Positions 1 to 5,314 of a stretch of 10,465 nt of DNA are shown here, piece after piece. Numbering within the stretch: the first letter of the stretch is position 1; each line of letters begins with the position of its first letter. The stretch lies in NCBI GenBank assembly GCA_036339875.1, contig JAYZAC010000065.1:1-10465 (forward strand). The letters are read 5' to 3'. Source of the stretch: a bacterium (lineage in GTDB: Bacteria > Muiribacteriota > UBA6191). The notes under the pieces were generated by a model. That model saw only the letters and a program-made list of their open reading frames with translations. It was not told the origin of the DNA and did not search any database. The translations under genes and the position numbers were made by a program.

Positions 1-376
1 GCTGTTCTTTAAGGTTTAATAGAAGATTATATTCCCCTAAATCACTTCTCTGCTGAGCATGCTCTAATGCCTCAGCGGAATAAAATGCAAAGTTAGCCTC
101 AGGAATTTGATGTTGAATTAATCCTAACTCATCCCCAACAATTAACATATCTGAAGGTTTACAACCTTTAGCGAAAGTACTAATTAGTCTCAATTCTGGG
201 ACAATCATTTGCTCTAGCATTTGATCAATGAATTCACCCCCAGATTTCAATACTAATTTACTATTGGAGGATAGAAAGTGGCACAAAAACTGTTCTTGGA
301 GCTTCTCCCATGGATGGCTTCCTAAACTACTATCAAATCTTTTTTTGAAAAATTTAACTGCTTCGCTATCGAACAT
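1..376 (-). CDS. Hypothetical protein, 5' part only (runs off the left edge); weak resemblance to a class I SAM-methyltransferase fold
   Basis: Translated by hand: ATG at 376-374, then 125 codons with no stop to the edge (MFDSEAVKFFKKRFDSSLGSHPWEKLQEQFLCHF...MLIVGDELGLIQHQIPEANFAFYSAEALEHAQQRSDLGEYNLLLNLKEQ). An in-frame TAG lies 9 codons upstream, GGTGGA precedes the ATG, and it overlaps the upstream gene by 11 nt. Absent from the ORF track because it has no stop in the window. Confidence 0.75.
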   Translation of the reverse strand, partial: MFDSEAVKFFKKRFDSSLGSHPWEKLQEQFLCHFLSSNSKLVLKSGGEFIDQMLEQMIVPELRLISTFAKGCKPSDMLIVGDELGLIQHQIPEANFAFYSAEALEHAQQRSDLGEYNLLLNLKEQ

Positions 377-686
377 AATAATCCACCAAAGCGCTAACTC
401 CTACACAATGTACGCCACCTGCAGTAGTACGAGTCCCAACACTAAATAAATGCACTACTCTTGTCATTTGTCGGTTCTGAATCCCCTGATTTAGGGTTAT
501 GGTATTAATAAAATTATTTAATTCTGTAGCAACTTTTCTAATGACCGCAGCTATACCACTACTTTTTGATATTTTCTTAGCCGAATTTCTAATTTTATTC
601 CAATCAAAGGTCTCAAGAGACGATATAGAAATAGTAAAATTAATCATAGTCAGTAGAGCAATTTTTGCAGAACTTCCAGTTTTCAA
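366..686 (-). CDS. Small, probably secreted hypothetical protein (106 aa), possibly C-terminally truncated
   Basis: TTG start with AAGGAG (697-692) 5 nt upstream and a sigma70-like promoter further up. N-terminus is signal-peptide-like (basic, then KIALLTMINFTISISS). The segment ELNNFINTITLNQG...TRVVHLFSVG resembles an uncharacterised family I recall as NxFINTxTxNxG...TKVVPIxSxG. Confidence 0.75.
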   Translation of the reverse strand: MKTGSSAKIALLTMINFTISISSLETFDWNKIRNSAKKISKSSGIAAVIRKVATELNNFINTITLNQGIQNRQMTRVVHLFSVGTRTTAGGVHCVGVSALVDYYVR

Positions 687-691
687 AATAT

Positions 692-697
692 CTCCTT
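692..697 (-). promoter_or_regulatory. Shine-Dalgarno for the 366..686 gene
   Basis: Minus strand reads AAGGAG-ATATT-TTG. Confidence 0.8.
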
Positions 698-723
698 ACA
701 CAAACTGGTCCTCTAATTGACAA

Positions 724-752
724 ATTGTATGAATTTTTAGTTTCTAATTCAA
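724..752 (-). promoter_or_regulatory. Sigma70-type promoter for the leftward genes
   Basis: Minus strand: TTGAAT (752-747), 17-nt spacer, TACAAT (729-724). The same -35 hexamer and spacer occur in the tRNA promoter. Confidence 0.65.
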
Positions 753-803
753 GAAAACTAAGCTTTGTATGGTAACTAATCCCGAAGTTTAGCTACCAAA
801 TTT

Positions 804-1415
804 ATGAAAATGGATAAGGATAGACATAAAATTAAAATCTTAGTAGCTGATGATTCAGAGTTGATTCGTGATCGAATTATTCAAGTCCTTGCAATGGAAA
901 ACTTTGAAACTTTTGAAGCTGAAACTGGAGAAGAGGTTCTTAAGGTAGCCACGCAAGTATATCCAGATTTAATTCTCCTGGACATAGTATTGCCTGACAT
1001 CAATGGAGTAGAAATCTGTGGAAAACTAAGATCTATGGACAACTTCCCATTCGTTCCTATCTTGATGTTAACCGTCAAGGCTAGTGCATACGATATTTCT
1101 AATGCCTTCAAGAATGGAGCTTCAGATTACATTCGTAAGCCCTTCATTGCTGAAGAACTTTTATTGAGAATTAAATTACATCTCAAAAATCTAAAACTTC
1201 AACGCTATTTTACATCAACAACGAGGCTCCTGAATCAACTTGAAATATTTGGTAACAAAGATTTTCGAGATCTAATTAATCAGATCAATCACGTCAAAAC
1301 TCAACTAAGCGAAAGCTCCCTTGGGTTTCCATCGGGAATGATATCTCAATTTGATAATCTCGAACGCGAAGCTGAGCAAGCGTTTGTAAGATTTAAATCA
1401 ATTGTGAAAATTTAA
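804..1415 (+). CDS. Response regulator: receiver domain plus short helical C-terminal extension
   Basis: Complete receiver signature: ILVADD (D16/D17), PDLILLD (phospho-acceptor D60), LMLT (T90), GASDYIRKPF (K112). The ~75-aa tail is not a recognisable HTH, GGDEF or HATPase domain. The start could be M1 (804) or M3 (810); no clear SD. Confidence 0.92.
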   Translation: MKMDKDRHKIKILVADDSELIRDRIIQVLAMENFETFEAETGEEVLKVATQVYPDLILLDIVLPDINGVEICGKLRSMDNFPFVPILMLTVKASAYDISNAFKNGASDYIRKPFIAEELLLRIKLHLKNLKLQRYFTSTTRLLNQLEIFGNKDFRDLINQINHVKTQLSESSLGFPSGMISQFDNLEREAEQAFVRFKSIVKI

Positions 1416-1551
1416 CGACTAAACAAATTTCGAATTGAACAATTCAAGTTTCTATCGCCAGCTTTAGATAAAGTTTTAATTACCTTATTCCGAAAACATA
1501 TGTAGAAAATTTTTATAGTAAAATTGTATCTAAAGAAGCCGAGAGGACTAC

Positions 1552-2145
1552 GTGAGCGAATTGATCTACATACGAAGGAATCATGCTTGCATATCAATTT
1601 TTCTGCTTATTATTATCAGTTCTATCATTCAAGCTGTTCCCATGTATTCTCAAAGAGAAGGAGTAAGTTGTATTTACTGCCATACTAGTCCTAATGTCAA
1701 AAGGCTAAATGATGTAGGTCTATTGTACGGACGCAACGGCCATTATTTTCCTTATCAGTTCAAACCAAAAATTTCACAACAATTTCCCGATAGTAAATCC
1801 GACCCTGCATACCTAAAATTAAAGCAAAGGTATATGAAAAAATACTTTAAACGGGACCCTATTAACGAATATATTGAGAGAGGTAAGAGATTATTCTTTG
1901 GCTCTTTTAAGCTTGAAAAGAAAAGCGCGAAGACATGTGCTTCGTGTCACACTCCCAAAGAAATAGCTCAAGTTAATAGAAATTATCCTCGTTATGTACC
2001 TTTAATGAAGAAAGTTGTAAGTTTGGAACAAATGCAAAATTACTGTCTCGTACAGTATCTGTCTGGTAAAGCAATTGAACCCGGCAGTAAAGATGCTCTA
2101 TCCATTGCTGCCTATCTCAACAGTATCTCATCTCAGAAAAAATAA
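1552..2145 (+). CDS. Secreted diheme c-type cytochrome (Cyc2-like N-terminal heme module plus SoxA/TsdA-like domain)
   Basis: GTG start after GAGAGG (1541-1546); signal peptide ending IIQA; two CxxCH motifs, CIYCH (1669-1683) and CASCH (1936-1950); C-terminal YPRY...VVSLEQMQNYC...GS.DALSIAAYL matches the SoxA/TsdA pattern. Confidence 0.88.
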   Translation: MSELIYIRRNHACISIFLLIIISSIIQAVPMYSQREGVSCIYCHTSPNVKRLNDVGLLYGRNGHYFPYQFKPKISQQFPDSKSDPAYLKLKQRYMKKYFKRDPINEYIERGKRLFFGSFKLEKKSAKTCASCHTPKEIAQVNRNYPRYVPLMKKVVSLEQMQNYCLVQYLSGKAIEPGSKDALSIAAYLNSISSQKK

Positions 2146-2163
2146 GATACTACCTTAATCTTT

Positions 2164-4881
2164 ATGAAAAAATTACTAATTGTCGACTCCCATTCTGTCC
2201 TATTTAAGAGCTATTTTGCTTTCATAAAAAGACCACTTAGAAATTCCAAAGGCATGAATACTTCAGCTCTATATGGATTCCTAAAAACTTTTTTTTCTCT
2301 TCTAAAAAAATTCCAGCCAGATCATATGTGCTTTGCTTTCGATAAAAGTCGCGATACTTTCAGAAGAGATCTATACAAAGAATACAAGGCCCATCGCTCC
2401 CCTACACCTGATGATCTAGTACAACAACTACCTTATGCTCCTCGATTAGCCGAAGCAATGGGCGCTCTAACAATAATGATGGATGACTACGAGGCTGATG
2501 ACCTTCTAGGTAGTATTTCGCACCAATTGAGCCAAATTAATGATGATCTGGAGGTCTATTTGATAACTGGCGATCGAGATAGTTATCAACTCATCAAAGA
2601 ACGCGTTTTTGTCGGATATACTAGCTCTAAAGCCACAGAGGGCGTTGAAGTTTTTGATATTCAAGCAATCAATGAAAAATATGGACTGAGACCGATCGAC
2701 TTAATACCTGTCAAAGCATTAATGGGAGACTCCTCGGATAATATTCCAGGAGTTAGAGGTGTCGGAGAGAAAACGGCAATAAAACTTATCAAGGAATGGG
2801 GTGATCTGGAAAATCTCTACGCAAATATTGATCAAATAAAAGGAAAATTAAAAAACAAACTAGAAGATGATAGGGAAATGGCCTATCTATCTAGAGATTT
2901 AGCACGCATTAAGACGGATATAAAATTACCTTTCAAATTGGAAAATCTGAGATGGGACGACAATTACTCGGATGAACTTCGAGAGCTTCTCATCGAATTA
3001 GAATTCTACTCTATCGAAGAAGATCTCTTTGGATCAAAAACGACTGAAAATAATAAATCAACCAAAAGTCTACCTGAAAAGAATTACAAACTTATTAAAA
3101 ATCTTCAAGAGTGGCAAAAATTGATTCAGGAGATATCTTCTCACAAAGATGTCATAGCTTTTGACTGCGAAACTAGCTCGTTGAAGCCTTATGAGGCAAA
3201 ACTCGTAGGTATTGCGCTTAGCATGAAAGCTCACACTGGTTATTATATTCCACTTGCTCACAGATATTTAGGAGCTCCACCCCAAATAAGTACAAATCAA
3301 GTCATAGATGATCTTCATAAACTCTTTTCAGATGAGTCTAAAATATGGATTGCTCACAATTTAAAGTATGATATGGCTGTATTACGTAAGTATGGCTTAG
3401 AGTTCCCTGTAAATTATGCAGATACAATGATTCAATCCAAAGCGGTAATGCCAGACTCAAGGCGCGGCTTAAAGTTTCTAGCGGAAAATATTCTCGGAGA
3501 AACACGTCAAAACTACGAAGATCTTGTTGCAAAAGATATGTGCTTTTCGCAAATTAAAGTCGAGGATGCGCTGGAATATGCGGCCTCAGACGCAGATAAT
3601 ACATTACAACTGTACAATCACTTTGAAGTCCAACTCGATGATCAAATTGAGTTACAGCAAATGCTAAATGAAATTGAATACCCTTTAATTCAAGTATTGG
3701 AATCTATGGAGTCGACTGGAGTTAATCTTGATACCCGCTATTTCGAAAAACTTGGAGGAGATTTAGTCAAAGACTCTGAATCACTTAAACAAATCATTCT
3801 CAGAGACGCCGGATGTGAGTTCAATCTGAATTCAACTAAACAATTAGCTGAAGTACTCTATGATAAGTTGGGATTACCATCATTAAAACAAACTAAAACC
3901 GGTAGATCTACTGCAACTGGTGTACTAGAAAGACTAGTGGGCCAGTATCCCATATGCGCCAAAATTATAGAGTATAGGCACCTTACCAAGCTATTATCAA
4001 CCTATGTCAAACCCTTACCAGAAATGGTAGATAAACACAGTAAATTACACACTAACTTTGGGCAAGCAATTACTGCCACTGGAAGATTATCGTCCACGGA
4101 ACCAAACTTACAGAATATACCTGTTCGTAGTGAGTGGGGGACCAGAATCCGCAGAGGTTTTCTCCCCTCAAAAGATGATTGGAAACTCTGCGCGATAGAT
4201 TACAGTCAAATTGAATTGAGAATCATGGCGGAATTAAGTGGAGATCAAACTCTCATCGAAGCATTCAAAAATGGTAGAGATATTCATCAAGAGACGGCAT
4301 CCAAAATCTATGAAGTACGGATGGACGAAGTTTCAAAAGGTCAAAGAGAGTCTGCCAAAGCAATTAACTTTGGAATTATATATGGAATATCTGCATTTGG
4401 TCTTTCTCAGCAGCTGGACATACCCATTGCGTCAGCTAAGGACTTTATCGATTCATATTTCCGCATTTTCCCGCAAATCTATATCTTTATGAATGAAACC
4501 AGTAATCGAGCAATGCAAGATGGGTATGTATCCACGATGTTTGGCCGCAAACGTCCAATAGCAGAATTCCAAACAAAAAATAAACAAAGTATTGAAGCCG
4601 GTAAACGAATAGCGGTTAATACCAGAATTCAAGGTACAGCTGCTGAAATAATAAAAATCGCCATGAATTCTCTACATAAATTTCTACACCAACAACAACT
4701 AAAAAGCCGACTAATATTGCAGGTACATGATGAATTGATCTTTGAAATGCCGAGCTCAGAATTGAATCATATAATTCAACTCAAAGAAATAATGGAAAAG
4801 GTTTGTGAATTCGAAGTACCAATAATTTGTGACGTTGAACTTGGAGATAACTGGGGAGATCTTGAAAACTATCCAATCTGA
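2164..4881 (+). CDS. polA: DNA polymerase I
   Basis: 5'-3' exonuclease motifs (YKAHR, YEADD, TGDRD, GDSSDNIPGVRGVGEKTA); 3'-5' exonuclease motifs (FDCET, HNLKYD, YAASDAD); polymerase motifs (TATGRLSSTEPNLQNIP, DYSQIELR, RESAKAINFGIIYG, LQVHDEL); 905 aa. Confidence 0.99.
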   Translation: MKKLLIVDSHSVLFKSYFAFIKRPLRNSKGMNTSALYGFLKTFFSLLKKFQPDHMCFAFDKSRDTFRRDLYKEYKAHRSPTPDDLVQQLPYAPRLAEAMGALTIMMDDYEADDLLGSISHQLSQINDDLEVYLITGDRDSYQLIKERVFVGYTSSKATEGVEVFDIQAINEKYGLRPIDLIPVKALMGDSSDNIPGVRGVGEKTAIKLIKEWGDLENLYANIDQIKGKLKNKLEDDREMAYLSRDLARIKTDIKLPFKLENLRWDDNYSDELRELLIELEFYSIEEDLFGSKTTENNKSTKSLPEKNYKLIKNLQEWQKLIQEISSHKDVIAFDCETSSLKPYEAKLVGIALSMKAHTGYYIPLAHRYLGAPPQISTNQVIDDLHKLFSDESKIWIAHNLKYDMAVLRKYGLEFPVNYADTMIQSKAVMPDSRRGLKFLAENILGETRQNYEDLVAKDMCFSQIKVEDALEYAASDADNTLQLYNHFEVQLDDQIELQQMLNEIEYPLIQVLESMESTGVNLDTRYFEKLGGDLVKDSESLKQIILRDAGCEFNLNSTKQLAEVLYDKLGLPSLKQTKTGRSTATGVLERLVGQYPICAKIIEYRHLTKLLSTYVKPLPEMVDKHSKLHTNFGQAITATGRLSSTEPNLQNIPVRSEWGTRIRRGFLPSKDDWKLCAIDYSQIELRIMAELSGDQTLIEAFKNGRDIHQETASKIYEVRMDEVSKGQRESAKAINFGIIYGISAFGLSQQLDIPIASAKDFIDSYFRIFPQIYIFMNETSNRAMQDGYVSTMFGRKRPIAEFQTKNKQSIEAGKRIAVNTRIQGTAAEIIKIAMNSLHKFLHQQQLKSRLILQVHDELIFEMPSSELNHIIQLKEIMEKVCEFEVPIICDVELGDNWGDLENYPI

Positions 4882-5314
4882 ATCAATTGATCAAACCTTC
4901 GCGATTGCAAAAGAACTGGTAGAGGCACACCTAGAACCAGGTGATTTAATCCTAATATCGGGTGAAATGGGAGCGGGAAAGACAACCTTTGTTCAAGGTA
5001 TCGCTTCGGCAATGAAAATAAAACAAACTATAAATTCTCCAACTTTTACAAAACTTCACATTTATACGGGAGATTGGACACTAAACCATCTTGATTTGTA
5101 CAATATTTCAAATCTTGGTGAACTTGAAAGCTTTGGAATCTACGATTATATAGAAACAGATATGGGAGTTAGCGTCGTGGAATGGTGGCAGAAATTCCCG
5201 ACTATTTTTGAAAATTTACCACACTGGCACATTACTATCAGCGGCAAAAATACGCAACGGATAATTAAAATAGAAGCTAGGGAGACAATATGTCTGAAGA
5301 CAAGCCAAAGTTAG
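4862..5314 (+). CDS. tsaE: tRNA t6A37 biosynthesis ATPase TsaE (YjeE)
   Basis: GEMGAGKTTFVQG Walker A, SPTF, HLDLY and VVEW are TsaE motifs. Start moved from the track's 4829 to TTG at 4862, which follows GGGGAG (4853-4858) and gives a typical 150-aa length. Confidence 0.95.
   Translation: MKTIQSESIDQTFAIAKELVEAHLEPGDLILISGEMGAGKTTFVQGIASAMKIKQTINSPTFTKLHIYTGDWTLNHLDLYNISNLGELESFGIYDYIETDMGVSVVEWWQKFPTIFENLPHWHITISGKNTQRIIKIEARETICLKTSQS

Noticed and set aside
228..449. Plus-strand 73-aa ORF
   Set aside because: Antisense to two better-supported minus-strand genes; no RBS or motif.
499..720. Plus-strand 73-aa hydrophobic ORF
   Set aside because: Antisense shadow of the 366..686 gene, which has the SD and promoter.
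881..1111. Minus-strand 76-aa ORF
   Set aside because: Lies wholly antisense within the receiver-domain gene.
1412..1597. Minus-strand 61-aa ORF
   Set aside because: Spans an AT-rich intergenic region and overlaps the cytochrome start; no RBS or recognisable features.
1552..2145. Calling the cytochrome soxA, tsdA or cyc2
   Set aside because: It matches only one module of each, with no beta-barrel, no RxxxC active site and no sox neighbours.
3070..4492. Three short ORFs inside polA (3070..3261, 3338..3532, 4238..4492)
   Set aside because: Alternative-frame or antisense ORFs within a conserved gene; polA is continuous, with no sign of an intein or intron.
4609..4659. PolA segment AVNTRIQGTAAEIIK differing from the common AINAPIQGTAADIIK
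   Set aside because: The catalytic motifs A, B and C are intact; this is likely ordinary lineage variation.
4829..4861. Track start for tsaE at 4829
   Set aside because: TTG at 4862 has a proper SD, a shorter overlap and a typical TsaE length.
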